NCBI GenBank assembly: GCA_051294375.1
Contig: CM119263.1
Location: 23,384,403 to 23,448,402, forward strand
Length of the DNA: 64,000 nt
Reading direction: 5' to 3'
Source of the DNA: Paraspadella gotoi
Lineage: Eukaryota; Animalia; Chaetognatha
Shown piece by piece: positions 1 through 12,606 of this stretch (the stretch's first letter is position 1; each line of letters starts with the position of its first letter). The position numbers were made by a program, and so were the translations under genes. The notes below the pieces were generated by a model that was given only the letters and a program-made list of their open reading frames with translations, had not been told where the DNA came from and did not search any database.

Positions 1-53
1 GCATCGTCCAGGCTCGCCGATTTATTCCGGTAATTTTTCCCCCCACTTCTAGA

Positions 54-84
<31 letters not shown>

Positions 85-85
85 C

Positions 86-138
<53 letters not shown>

Positions 139-395
139 CAGAGAGAGAAAGATATGGTGTCTTCTCCCAGGGGCGACAGGGACGACGTTCGCTCGGCGGA
201 TCAGCTGTTGCCTTCTGATCGATTGCCTCGCAAACGCGCGGGAAATCGTCTCTAATCTTCCCAATCAATTACGATCCATCGACGCGACGGTTCTCTCTCT
301 CTCTCTCTCTCACCGTCTCCATCTTCGTCTCATCTCTCTTTGTGTCTCGCCGTTGACACCCAACCCCCCACCACCCTCACCGTCCACCCCCTCAC

Positions 396-568
396 CTAAT
401 GGAATACTGGCTGAGTAATTCTTTTATCTTGGAAACGACTTCGTCCGTGTTGAGATTTGCATATTTGTCGAATTGATTCTGCGTCACTGGAGGGAGTGCG
501 GCGCGAACGGGCTTGTAAGGGATGAGAGGGATGGATGGCGTCTGAATGGAATTGGCAATGGATTGCAT
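396..568 (-). CDS. cut: cut/CUX exon encoding N-terminal half of CUT repeat 2 (phase 0/2)
   Basis: Acceptor ctcgtag|ATG at 568 and donor AG|gtgag at 396. Translates MQSIANSIQTPSIPLIPYKPVRAALPPVTQNQFDKYANLNTDEVVSKIKELLSQYSIS, resembling the arthropod Cut CUT2 lead-in (LPPITQQQFD..NLNT..IV..VKE.LSQYSIS). Confidence 0.93.
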
Positions 569-739
569 CTACGAGAGAAGGAAAAGGAGAGAGAGGGGGG
601 AGGAGGCGTTTTGAGGGGGGCGGAAGTGGTCTACAAGTCTTCGAAATATCAAATTTGGATAAATTTGGATATTTTTTTTCATAATTAGGTTAAAAATCTC
701 AGAAAGAATGTTTCCCCGCCGTTTCGCCTTTTGTCTCAC

Positions 740-1981
740 CTGGGCCAGCGGCGACATCCCGGAGGAAACGGCGGCGGCGATGGAGGAATTGACGGCGTTG
801 CTGTCGAGGTGGTTGGAGGTTGGCGGGATGAGCGAAGCGAGGGAAGAGTTGATGTGGTTGGCGATGGCGGCGTGAGACTTGGGCGACAGAAGCGCCTCGT
901 TGGCGTCGCGGATCGAAGGGTGTAGATGATTTGGCAGCGCCGCTAGCGCCGACAGTTGCTGCAGAGCCGCCGCGTTCATGGAGGACAGGTGCCCGAGGCC
1001 GAGGGTCTGCAGGGCGGCGGCCGAAGCAGCAGCGGCCGCGGCGGATCCGAGACTTCCGAGAGGTGGGGCGCCGCCCACTGATCTCGGAGACTCGGGACGG
1101 CCGGTCTCCTCCTTCACTTCAGACTTGTACCCGCCCTGATCGAGGACGGATCTCCTCGACGAAGCTTTGGACGACGCCTCGGAACCGCGCGGCGACATTT
1201 GCGACCGCGCCGCCGCCACCATGTCGAGAAACTGCGCCTCCTCCGAGGCGGCGAAGGCTGCGCTGTTGCGCCGGCCGCGGTGAGACGCGTACCTATCGGC
1301 GTCGAATCCCAGCAGCGAGTTTTGCTTGTTAATCTCGTCCAGCTGCTCCCTGTAAATGCGGGCAACGAAATCTTGGACGGACTCTTCGGTCGACCGCGGC
1401 GGCGCCGGCACTGCGGCCTCATCTCTCTCCGTCTTGACGCTTTCCTCGCGGCGCTGCAGCTTGGGAGGCGTGGCTTCTTCCTCTCGTTTCCAAGGCGCCC
1501 TATCGTCGGCGTCAATGACGAGGCGCGTCGGGCTTGAAGGCGCCGGCGACGGGGACGATTTTCTCCTAAACGCCGTCATCGTCATGTCGATGGGATCTTG
1601 GCACGGACTGGCGCTGCGTTCCGATTCGGCGCCGTCGTCGCTGCACCCTTCCGCGCCGGGAGCGCCGCCGTCTCGTTGCGCCCTCAGGTCCAGCCCGAAG
1701 GCGCCGTCGGGAGCGACGTCGCCGGTGTCTCCGGCGCCGCTTCCGCCGTGCTGCATGGCCAACTGCGCCTCGGAGAGGATCTGAGTGATGCGCTCTTCCG
1801 TTTGCGGATCTTCGGCCCGCGCCGTCGCCGGCTCTCGCCCGCGCTTCGGGTTGAGCGACTTTAAAAATTCGATGTTCTCTTTGTTTTGAACCCACACGTA
1901 CATCTTGCGGTAAGACTCTCGGCCCTTCTCGGTCAGCTTGTCCCAATGCTTGGGTTTGGATAGAAGCTCGCTCACGGTGCC
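740..1981 (-). CDS. cut: cut/CUX homeobox gene, large exon: C-terminal half of CUT repeat 1 plus CUT1-CUT2 linker (414 codons, phase 0/0)
   Basis: Acceptor ccatcag|GGC at 1981 and donor CAG|gtgag at 740. Translates GTVSELLSKPKHWDKLTEKGRESYRKMYVW (arthropod-type CUT1), then ERITQILSEAQ and FVARIYREQL, ending MSPLAQ. Confidence 0.95.
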
Positions 1982-2156
1982 CTGATGGGTTTAAGATAAA
2001 AAAAAAAATTTACAAATGCAACAAATATCGAATATAATAAAATATAATATAATATGAAATTGGTACAACCAATATAAAAATTATCCATTCATTTAATAAA
2101 TAAGCTATCTTGCCCCTGACTTTGGACAGGCTTTGGTGGTTTAAAGACCACCATAC

Positions 2157-2404
2157 CTGGGACAGTCCGAGCACGTGTTTGGCGAAGATCCGCTGTCCGA
2201 TGTTGTTGGCCGAAAGAATCTCTCTAACGCGAAGGGAAATCTCCGCCGTGTCGAGGGTCGCCTCGCAGGTCCCGGTCGAGGGGAGTGGGTGGGGTGGAGG
2301 AGGTGGCGGCGGGGCGGTGGAGGAAGGGGAGGAAGACGAGTGGGCGTGGCCCGATGGCGGCGAGGCGCTTTCCGGGAGGAGGGCGAGAGACCAGGTGTCC
2401 AGGC
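2157..2404 (-). CDS. cut: cut/CUX exon encoding N-terminal half of CUT repeat 1 (phase 1/0)
   Basis: Acceptor ccccag| at 2404 and donor CAG|gtatgg at 2157. Translates ...LDTAEISLRVREILSANNIGQRIFAKHVLGLSQ, in frame with the exon at 1981. Not reported in the ORF track. Confidence 0.93.
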
Positions 2405-2558
2405 CTGGGGGTCGAAAATATCGAATTTAATTATTAGAAAAAACTGTTTAATTAATTCGTAATAAAGTTGAATAATGAATATATGTAATTCGATTAATAG
2501 CCAGTAGGATTTGGCTTTTTAAAACCAGTCGATTATTTGTGTCGCAAGGATAACTTAC

Positions 2559-2748
2559 CGTCGGCGGAAATCTTCGGATCCTTGCCGTCCAACTTTCCAA
2601 CTTCTTCCGACTTGACACCGGCTTGGAGGCTCCGCAGGGAATGGAACTCCCGGTTGATGGCGTCTACATCGTCGCAGCGTTGCAACTTCTCCTCGAGAAT
2701 CAACCATGCTTGATCGCGGATCTGCAGTTGTCGCTCCAGATCGAGTAG
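2559..2748 (-). CDS. cut: cut/CUX exon, end of CUX1/CASP-type coiled coil (phase 0/1)
   Basis: Acceptor ccacag| at 2748 and donor G|gtaag at 2559. Translates LLDLERQLQIRDQAWLILEEKLQRCDDVDAINREFHSLRSLQAGVKSEE..., similar by recall to CUX1 LEQQL...LKQLEEKL...DYEEVKKELNILKS. Phases fit both neighbours. Confidence 0.85.
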
Positions 2749-3180
2749 CTGTGGAGAGGAATCGTAATCTTAACATATGATTAAAATTATTAATCTCATA
2801 AAAAATAGAATATTAGACTGGTTTGATTTTATGATGATCGTTTTGTTAAACGTCATTAGCGTATTAAAAAAAAAAAAACAATTTAGGGACTGACCGACCA
2901 AAAAAATCGTTTAATTCAATCAGGCCAACTACAGCAAATGAGAATCTAAGATTCATCGCCGAAAATAAATCCCTCGCAGCGAACTCCTCAAAAACCAATG
3001 ACGCGGTCTGATAATGACTATCTCTCTCTTTCTCTTCTTTTTTCCTCCTCCTCCTCCTCCTCCTCCTCCTTCCCCCTCCTCCTCCTTCCAGTTCCTCATA
3101 AAATGAACTCTCCAAATGACAAATGCGTTTGAAATTCCCCCAAATTTTTTTTCTCCCCCCTTCTCGTCTTTTCTCTTTAC

Positions 3181-3267
3181 CCGAGTCTGCATTCGGTTGA
3201 TTTCCATCTCGGCCGCTTGGAGGTTCTTCCTTTGTTCCTTCACCACGATTTCGGCGGCCACGGCGCG
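3181..3267 (-). CDS. cut: cut/CUX coiled-coil exon (29 codons, phase 0/0)
   Basis: Acceptor gtcgcag| at 3267 and donor CGG|gtaaag at 3181. Translates RAVAAEIVVKEQRKNLQAAEMEINRMQTR, in frame with the next exon. Confidence 0.8.
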
Positions 3268-3835
3268 CTGCGACGTCGGGGAGGGGGAAAGGGGGAAGAA
3301 AATGGAGAGGAGAGGGGGGAAAGAAGTTATAAAGAAAAAAAGAGGCTCGAATCGTCGTCGTCGACGTCACCCGACTCGTCGTCATTAACGTTCGCCGTTT
3401 TTTAAGCGAAAAGTCGTTAAAAAAAAAGAGGAGGAGGGTGAATATGAGAAGGATTCTTTCAGAGAAAAGGGAAAAGACAAAAAAAAAAGGATTTAGGGGG
3501 CGTTAAATACTTTCCCCCCCCTCTCTCCCCCCCTTTTTTTCCTCCTAAATGCCTTTTGCCTCGTTTTCTTTGGCGTCCTAGTTATTTTCGTCCGCCCCCC
3601 CTTCAGCCCTCAACTTCCCCCCCCCAACCCGCGGGTCTACACGTTTGTCTCCACTCGACAAGAAAAAAAAAAAAAAGACCGGTAGAAGAGAAAAAAATAT
3701 TATCTGAGCGGTTTTAGCTTTTTGTTTTTGTTTTTGTACTTGAGAGGAAGCGAGAGGGAGAAGGCGGCTATAATCCAATATAAACGTTCCCCGAAAGCGC
3801 GAAGGAGAGAGGAGGAGAGAGAGAGAGAGAGAAGA

Positions 3836-3889
<54 letters not shown>

Positions 3890-4059
3890 CGAGAGAGAGG
3901 ACACGATACTAGACGGTACAAAAAAAACACAAACTATATATAAAATCCATACAGAAAGTATTGGCCGGATTTTTTTCACTCTCGGATGGTTAACGACAAA
4001 TTTGTCAGCGAGAAGAGAAAAGAAGAGGAAACCATTTCTTGTCCATCGCATCGACGGCC

Positions 4060-4090
<31 letters not shown>

Positions 4091-4350
4091 AGAGAAAAAT
4101 TGTTTGTTTATACTTTGTTTGTGCCATAAACGGAGAATTCTTTTTCTCGTCAAACGACGTCCATTCGACATTCGTTAACCCGAAGAAAAGGACTTTCCTC
4201 CAATTTAGTTTTTTTCTTTACTTTTTTTTTCTCCAATTTTTCTTCTTTTTTTTTTAAGACTTTCTTTTCTTTCTTCCTCGCGGAAGAAAAGAAGGAAAAA
4301 AACCACGAAAGCGGATTTCATTGTTTCGGTTCTAAGAGAGAGATACTAAC

Positions 4351-4563
4351 CTTGACCGCAACGCAGAATTGTGACTTTTTATTCCTCGACTATGGCGTTG
4401 TTGCGAGCCAAATGGAGCGGAGGCGCCGAGAGGGGGTCGGCTTTGGCACGTGATCGGGTAGAAGGTGTGTGGGAGACGACGCCGGCACCGACCGGGAAAG
4501 CCGAGGGAGACGGACTCGGTAGCCGTCTCAGCGGCGTGCGAATAGGATTCATGGATTTGTGGC
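4351..4563 (-). CDS. cut: possible cut/CUX exon leading into CUT repeat 3 (noisy copy)
   Basis: GC-rich block between aaaag| and AAG|gttagt. It ends ...IVEE...FCVAVK across a frameshift, resembling the start of a CUT repeat. Confidence 0.35.
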
Positions 4564-5429
4564 CTTTTTTGGGAAGCAACGGGAAAAAGTAGGTAAGCTT
4601 TCTATGTAGAGCCAAACTTCGCATGGGTAGTCAAAGTTATTTGGAACTTCCAATGAAACCATAATTCTGAGAAAACTTCAATGGGCAGCAAATTCGAACC
4701 ATGCAAGAACATTGTAAATTAATGTTTTAATATATTTATAGATAGGAAATGTCAACTTTTTTTGAATTTTATTTAAAAGCAATCAAAGCTTATGAAAATT
4801 TATCTACACAAAGTATAATCTTTCAATATTTTAATAAAAGTGGGTTAATTGGGAAAACCTGAAAAAATCATCACATCAAAATAGATGATATGCAGTTTTA
4901 ACTAATTTTAGTAATCAAAACATCAAAAATTTAAGAGTGTAATTATTTTTTGCTTAACTTTTAAGCTCTGATCAGAATCAATTAAAAAACATAAAAATCC
5001 AAAAAAATTTTGACATGATATAGCATAGATAATAATATTATTAGCGAATTACTCATGGTCGGAACATTTGCAAAAAAAAATATTAACACAATAATTTAAT
5101 GACAATAATGGTTAGTTAATGCTGTTTCCCATTTAAAATTGAATTGGTCGGCTACCGCTATCTATGGGCTAAAAATAATATCAATCATACACTAAAACCT
5201 CATGATGTGTATTGCTTTTGGAATTTTTGTCGTTTTTTTTAAATTGATTTATTATTATTATTATTTATTATTATTATTATTTATTATATTATTATTATTA
5301 TTATTATTATTTGATTATTAAAGAGTTACTACTTATATAATGAGTGTTTTTTTTATAAAAAATACCTAACTTTATCTTTATTTTATTATAATTTGTTTTA
5401 ACAATAACTCTTTCAACTACACTTTTGCC

Positions 5430-5814
5430 TTTGCCCCCATGCAAGTTGTAAGGGTTGGACTCTCCCCGGTTCTGATGAATTTATTTGCTGCTCCTGCATT
5501 ATGGACAGCGCCCTCAGTTTTTCTGTAAATGCAGATCGGAGCCGGGCCGCGCGCCGCGTCATCGCGGCTGCGAGTCCGGAAGCCGCCCCGACGAAGGGAG
5601 AGGACTTGGGCGACCGTTCGACGTCACCGTCGTCGTCGTCGACGACGTCGAGATACGGCGACGAAAACGGTCAGAGGGAGGGAACAGGGAGGCTGCGGCG
5701 CTCTGCGGCAGCCGCGACGGCGGCGGAGAGAGGATCCCGTTCAACCGGGTGGGTTTTGCATTGAAGTCGTTGTAGGAGGCGAACAAGTGCGATCGGGAGT
5801 TGGCATGCGGAATC
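5430..5814 (-). CDS. cut: probable cut/CUX CUT2-CUT3 linker exon (noisy copy; 3' end uncertain)
   Basis: Acceptor ctaag| at 5814 is in phase with the preceding exon. Ser/Pro-rich frame IPHANSRSHLFASYNDFNAKPTRLNGILSPPPS..., later disrupted. Confidence 0.45.
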
Positions 5815-5911
5815 CTTAGATGGCGGAAGGAATAAATTATTTGTGTGACCACGTGTGGAGTGTATTTGTAATATGGCGGTTGACTTAAACTGCGGAGCAT
5901 CTCGATCTCAC

Positions 5912-6142
5912 CTGCCCGCCGGCGTCACACTCCCGGTGCGCATAAGCCTGTTCCGGAGGAATCTTGTATGCGATGCGACCAATTTGGGGATGGCCTCCTG
6001 ATCCTCCCAGGAACATCTTCATTCGAATGAAGGGCTCGCGCCTTTCTGAGTCAACATGTGCCAGGGCTTCGGGTCGCGCCAACGTCGACACCGGAGACCT
6101 GCGACAGACCCAAGAACTCTTCACCGAACAATCAACCGTTGA
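5912..6142 (-). CDS. cut: cut/CUX exon encoding C-terminal half of CUT repeat 2, seen here only as an indel-damaged copy
   Basis: Across frameshifts it reads QRL.FGEE.LGLSQ..S..LARPKPWHMLTQK.REPFIRMKMFLEDQEAIPKLVAS.YKIPPE.LMRTGS. Phase-2 acceptor at 6142 matches the phase-2 end of exon 396-568. Donor |gtgag at 5912. Confidence 0.85.
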
Positions 6143-6292
6143 CTTTGGTAGAAGGCAGGGAGAGGGGAGTAAAGGGAAAGATGGAAAATAAAGGGGAAAA
6201 ATTGAGGAGAGGTTAAAGAGATTAGAAAAGATCAGAATCGGTTAATTCGCGGAATGAAATTTATTCCGCAGACGACCGAGCCCTCGAGACGA

Positions 6293-6358
6293 GCATCCGT
6301 CCAGGCTCGCCGATTTTAATCCAGGTAATTTTTCCTCATCCCACTTCTAGAGAAAGAG

Positions 6359-6391
<33 letters not shown>

Positions 6392-9300
6392 AGAGAGAGA
6401 GAGAGAAGAGAGAAGAGAGAGAGAAGAAAGAGAGAGTAGGTGTCTTCTCCAGGGGCGAGCAGGGACGAACGTTCCGCTCGGCGGATCAGCTGTTGCCTGT
6501 CTATCGTTGCCTCGCAAACGCGCGGAAATCGTCTCTATCTTCCCAATCAATTACGATCCATCGAACGGCGACGGTTCTTCTCTCTCTCCTCTCTCTCACT
6601 CGTCTCACATCCTTCGTCTCATCATCTCCTTTGTGTCTCGCCCGTGTGACACTGCCACAACCCCAGCCAGCCCTCACCGTCCACCCTCTCACCTAATGGA
6701 ATAACTGGCTGAGTAATTCTTTAATCTTGGAAACGAGCTTTCGTCCGGTTGATGATTGGCAATTTTCCGACTGGAATTCTGGCGATTCCACTGGAGGGAG
6801 GGCGGCGGAACGGGCTTGTAAGGATGAGAGGGATGGATGGCCGCTTCTATTAGAATTCGGCAATGGAATGCAGCTTTCTACGAGAGAAGGAACAGAGAGA
6901 GAGAGGCGGGGAGGAAGCGTTTTGAGGGGGCGCGAAGTGCCGCTTTATGCAAGATCTCTCGAAATATCAAATTGGATAAAAGTATGGATATTTTATTTCC
7001 ATAATTAGGTTAAAAATTCTCAGAAGATGTTCTTCCCTGACCGTTTCGCCCGCTTTTGTCTCACCTTGGCCATGCGGCGACATCGCGGAGGAAACGGCGG
7101 GCAGGCGATGGGGAATTGAACGGCGTTGCTGTCGAGGTGTTGGATGAGTTGGCTGGGATGAGCGAAGCGAGGGAGAAGAGTTGGATGTGGTTGGCCGATC
7201 GGCGGCGTGAGCACTTGGGCGACAAGAAGCGCCTCGTTCGGCGCGACGGATGAAGGGTAAGATGATTGGGCAGCGCCGCTAGCGACCGACAGTACTGCAC
7301 CAGAGCCGCCGCGATTCAGTGGAGGACAGGTGCCCGCAGGCCTGTAGGGTCTGTCAGGTGCGGCGGGCCGTATAGCAGCAGCGGCCGCGGCCGGAATCCG
7401 AGACTTCCGAGATAGGTGGGGCGCGCCACCTTGATCTCGGAACTCGGGGACCGGACCGGGTCTCCTCAATTCACTCTCGAGCTTGTCACCCGGCCCTGAA
7501 TCGTAGGAACTGGGATCTCCTGCGACGAGAGACTTTGGACAGCGACGCCTCGGTAACCGCGCGCGACATTTGCGAACCGCGCCGCCGCTCCATAGGTACG
7601 AGGAAACTGTGACCTTCCCTCGCGAGGGCGGGCGAAGAGCGCGAGCTGTTGCGCCCGGGCCGCGGTGAGCGCGACCTTATATCGGGCGTCGTAATGAGCC
7701 CAGCGAGCGAGTTTGCTTGTTAATTCTCGTCCCAAGCTGCTCCTGTAAATGCGGGGCAACGAAAATCTTGGACGGACTCTTCGGCAGATCCGCGGCGGCG
7801 TCCCGGCAGCGTGCCGTCATCTCTCTACGACTTGACGCTTCCTCGCGGCGCTGCAGCTTGGGAGCGTGGCGTTCTCTTCCTCTCGTTTCCAAGGGCGCCG
7901 ATCGTCGGCGTCAATGACGAGAGGCGCGTCGGGCTTGAAGGCGCCGGCGACGGGGATCGATTTTTCTCCTAAATCGCCGTCATCGTCATGTCGATGGGAT
8001 TTGGCACGGTGACTGGCGCTGCGTTCGATTACGGCGCCGTCGTCAGCTGCAGGGCCTCTTTTCGCCGCGCCCCTCGGGAAAAGACCGGGCCCCGTCCGTT
8101 CCTCGTTCGCCTGTCAGGCCAGCCGAAGGCGCCGTCGTCGAGAGCGACGTCAGCCGGTGTCTCGCGGCCGCCGCTTCCGCCCGTGCAGATGGCCAACTGC
8201 GCCTCAGGAGAAGGATCGTGAGTGAGTATGCAGCTCTTTCCGTGCGAGATCTTCGGACCCGCGCCTCGCCGGCTCTCGCCCGCGCTTTCGGGTTGAGCGA
8301 CTATACTAAAGACCAAATTCCGTACGAGTTCTCGTCTTTGTATTTAGAACATCCGACGACGTAACGTATGCGTGTAAGAGACTCGTCGGGTCCCACTGTC
8401 TCAGGGTCAGCTGTCAATGCTTGGGGATTTGGAATAAAAGCTCGCTCAACGGTGCCGCTTGATGGGTTTGACAGATAAAAAAAAAGAACATAAGAAATGC
8501 AACAGAATTATCGAATAGTAAATAAATAGTGAATAATTGAATGATAACATAATAGATTATCGGATCATACATTATAAGCGGGTTCGGGCACCTTATTGGA
8601 GTAGGCTTGTGTTTAACCACAACTTGGACGTCAAACGTGGTTGGCGGAGAGAGCGTCCTGTATGTCGTGATGTGTGGTGGCCGAAAGAATCTGCTAACGC
8701 GAAGGAAATCTCCGCCGTGTCGAGGGTCGCCTTCGCAGGCTCCGGTCGAAGGGGTAGTGGTGGTGGGTGGAAGGAAGGTGGCGGCGGGGGTGCCGGTGGA
8801 GGAAGGGGAGAAGACGAGTGTGGCGTGGCCGATAGGGGCGAGGCGCTTTCCGGAGGAGGGCGGAAGAGACCAGGTGTCCAGGCCTGGGGGTCGAAAATTC
8901 GAATTTAATTATTAGAAAAATATATTGCTGTTGAATAAAGTGAATAATGAGATATATGTAATCATGTTAATAGCCAGTAGATTCTTTTTAAAACCAAGTC
9001 GATTTTATTTGTGTCGCAAGGATATACTTACGTCGGCGAGAAATCTTGCGGAATCCTTGACGTCCTAGACTTTCCATCTCTTCTGACCTTGTCTACCGTG
9101 CTTTGGAGGCTCCGCAGGGATTGGAAACTCCCGGTTTGAATGGCGTGCTTAACATCGTCGCAGCTGTTGAACTTTCGTGCCTCGAGAACCTCAAGCCATG
9201 CATGTGCCGCGGATCTGCAGTTGTTCAGCTCCGAGATCCGAGGAGCTGTGGAGAGGATCCGTAATTCTTAACATATGATTATAATTATATTCATAAAAAA

Positions 9301-10367
9301 TAAATATTAGACTGGTTTGAATTTTAATGATTGATCGTTTTGTTAAACGCATTACGTATTAAAAAAAAAAGCAATTTAGGGACTGACCGACACCAAAAAT
9401 ATCGTTTAATTTTCTAATTCAGTGCCAACTATACAAGCAAATGAGCTAAGATCAGATTCGAGCCAGAAATAAATCAATCCCCTCGCAGTCGAACTCCTCC
9501 CAAAAACCAATGACGCGGTCTGATAATGACTATCTCTCTCTTTTCTCTTCTTCTTTCCCTCCTCTCTCCTCCTCCCTCCTCCTCCTTCCCCCTCCTCCTC
9601 CTTCCAGTTCTCTTACAAATGCAACTGCTCCAAATGACAAATGCGTTGAAATTGCCCGCCATAATTTTTTTTTCTCCCCTTCTCGTCTTTTCTCTTAACC
9701 TCCGAGTCTGCATTCGGTTTGATTTCCCATCTCCGGCCGCTTGGAGTTCTTCCTTGTTCTTCACAACGATTTTCGGCGGCCGCGCGCGCTGCGACGTCGG
9801 TGGAGGGGGAAAGGGGGAGGAAAATGGGAAGAGAAGGGGGGGGAAAGGAACAGTATAGAAAAAAGAGGCTCGAATCGTCGTCGTCGACGTCACCCGACTC
9901 GTCGGTCATTAACGTTCGCCGTTTTTTTAAGCGAAAAGTCGTTAAAAAAGAAAGAGGAGGAGGTGAAATGACGAAGGATTCTTTCAGAGAAAAGGGAAAA
10001 GACAATAAAAAAAGGATTTAGGGCGTTAAATACTTTTCCCCCCCTCTCTCCCCCCTTTTTTCCTCCTAAATGCCTTTTGCCGATCGTTGTTCTTGGCGTC
10101 CTAGTTCATGTTCGTCCGCCCCCCCTTCCAGCCCGTCAACTCCCCCCCCCACCCTGCGGTCTTAACCCGTTTGTCTCCACTCGACAAGAAAAAAATAAAA
10201 AAAAGAAACCGGGTAGAGAGAAAAAAATATTCTCTGAGCGGTTTAGCTTTTTGTTTTTGGTTTTTGTACTTGAGAGGGAGGAGAGGGAGAAGGCGGCTAT
10301 AAATCCAATATAGAACGTTCCCCGACAAGCGCGAAGGAGCAGAGGAGGAGGAGAGAGAAGAGAGAGA

Positions 10368-10420
<53 letters not shown>

Positions 10421-10888
10421 GAGAGAGTACACATACTAGGACGGTACTAAAAAAAACAAAACTATATATAAAAAGTCCATACAGTAAAGGGTATTGGCCA
10501 TTTTGTTTCACCTCTCGGATAGGGTTAACAATAATTTTCGATGAGAGAGAAAAGAAGCAGGAAACCATTCTTCATATGGGCGATCGACGAGTCCCGACAA
10601 GACGAGCGACGACGATCGACGACGACCGAGAAAAGAACTTGTTTTGTTTATTATACTTGTGGTTGTGTGCCATAAACGGAGAATTCTTTTTCGTCGTAAA
10701 CGACGTCCATTACGAACATTCGTTAACCGAAGAAAAGAGACTTTCCTCAATTTAAGTTTTGTTCTTTACTTTGTTTTTTCCAATTTTTTCTTCTTTTTTT
10801 TTAAGAACGTGTTCTTTTCTTTTCTTCTCGCGAAGAAAAGAAGCCGAAAAAAACCAGCGAAAAGCCGGAATTTCCATTGTTTCGTTCT
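6293..10888 (-). other. indel-rich direct duplicate of 1-4333 (five cut exons); probably an unpolished long read rather than a pseudogene
   Basis: Collinear with 1-4333 throughout but about 6% longer. Differences are mostly 1-2 bp insertions, spread over exons and introns alike. Confidence 0.85.
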
Positions 10889-11006
10889 CTCCCCCCCTAT
10901 GTTCCTCCTCCTCTGTCCCGTCCTCGAGTTTCCATCCCCGAACCCCACTACCACCCAGCACCTACTTCCCCAACCCCCCTTNNNNNNNNNNNNNNNNNNN
11001 NNNNNN

Positions 11007-11098
11007 CCGCAGACTCGGTTCGTCTTCCGGTCTTGTGACCAGGGACAAACGCGCGTGGACATTCCGCGCCGCGATTTATCGGCCAACGAGCGCCGATT
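11007..11098 (-). CDS. cut: probable cut/CUX coiled-coil exon, error-containing and truncated by a 25-N gap
   Basis: Acceptor ttttatggtgttag| at 11098. Fragments LADKS..EC(H)A.LSL read across apparent frameshifts. A phase-2 start would fit the exon ending at 18521. Confidence 0.35.
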
Positions 11099-12539
11099 CT
11101 AACACCATAAAATCTTTTTAAGAAAAAAAAAAGCTGTTAATTACGAAAAAGAGAGAAAATGCAAATGAGCAACACAAATATCATTAGCGAGGAGTAAAAA
11201 AGGGGAAAGATAAGGGGGGAGTTCGAAGAAAGGGAGGAAGACAAAATGGCGGAGATGAGATTGAAGGAAGAAAAAAAAAGAGAAATAAAGAAAAGAGGAG
11301 AAAAAACAGAAAAGAAAAGAATAGTAAAGAAAAAAAGAAAAAAAAAGAGAAAAGAAAAGAAAAGAAAAGAAAAGAAAGGAGAAATAAAATAGGGAAACTT
11401 ATCGCACGTCTTCTTTACTAAAAAGAAAATTATCATTTGGGAACCGACCACTTCAACCCCCACTTTTTAAAGTTATCCTTGCGCCCACGAACCTTCGTTT
11501 CCTCGTTCTTAAAATAACTTCAAACATGCCGTCACCCCAGAAATTTAACCCTATCTTCTTGTTCACCCTCAGAAAAAAAATCCAACCGAAAACCGTCCTT
11601 AGCTCTCATCAAACGCCATCTTTTTTGCCCCACCCCCGGGGACAGACCCGCCCTTTCAATTCCCCGTCTCCGATCCCCCAAACCACTCCGCCCGCCCCCC
11701 GACCAAGATTCCGTCAGGGTGGTTGTCGTTAGCACAAAGGGCCGGGCGTTTTTCCTTCGGCAATTTATCCTGCCCGTTTTTCTAAGGCTTTTGTCTTTTG
11801 ATATTACCAACATTAGCAGATCATCACCGGATGCCGAGCGGAGCGATGATGGCACCACAACCATCTTTCGCCGCCGCCGACTCCGACGCCGACGCCGAAG
11901 CCCGACGCCGCCGATCCTTTTTCTCCCGCCCCCTCTTCATCCCCCTATTCTAACATTCCATCCTTTCGTCTGATGGTTCATATCATAAGAGTCTTGAGAG
12001 ATTAAATATATTAAAAATATTTTTTTTTTCTTTTAAATTCCAAAAAAATTATTTCTGGGTGTACGTGTGTGAGGGAGAGTGTGTGATGTTCGCGAGGCTT
12101 CCGGGAATAAAGCGGAGAAGTATAACCCGGCCTTTCCCCTTAAATTCCGAAGCGACGGCGGCGGCGGTGGCGGCGGCGGCGGCGGTCGACGACAGCGCGT
12201 ACCATACTTCTCTCTTTTCCTAACTCCCCCCCCAGCAAAACCCGAAGCTTCTTTTGTTCTCTCTGAAATAATCATTTGCACCGAAGTCGGCGTTTGAAAT
12301 GAAAGGATTTTTATTTATTGCACCTAAATTACTGGGCGGACGCGGAAGCGAGAAATGGATATGGCAGTGAAGGAGAATAAGGGGGGAAGGAGGAAGGAGG
12401 GAGGAAAGGATGGAGGAAAGGAGGGAGGAAAGGAGGGAAGGAATGGGAGGAAAAAAAAGAAGGGAGAAAGTGAATCATTGCGGGAGAAGGGAGAAAAGAA
12501 CGAGGAAGAGGAGAAAACAAACAATGAATGAATGAGCAG

Positions 12540-12606
<67 letters not shown>

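Noticed and set aside
569-1975. 468-aa ORF as a complete single-exon protein
   Set aside because: It starts mid-CUT1 at a GTG and reads through the donor at 740 into an intron. It is one exon of a spliced gene.
6293-10888. Genuine cut paralogue or pseudogene
   Set aside because: Uniform insertion-biased errors in exons and introns, an adapter-like junction and a terminal 25-N gap favour raw-read origin. Not formally excluded without reads.
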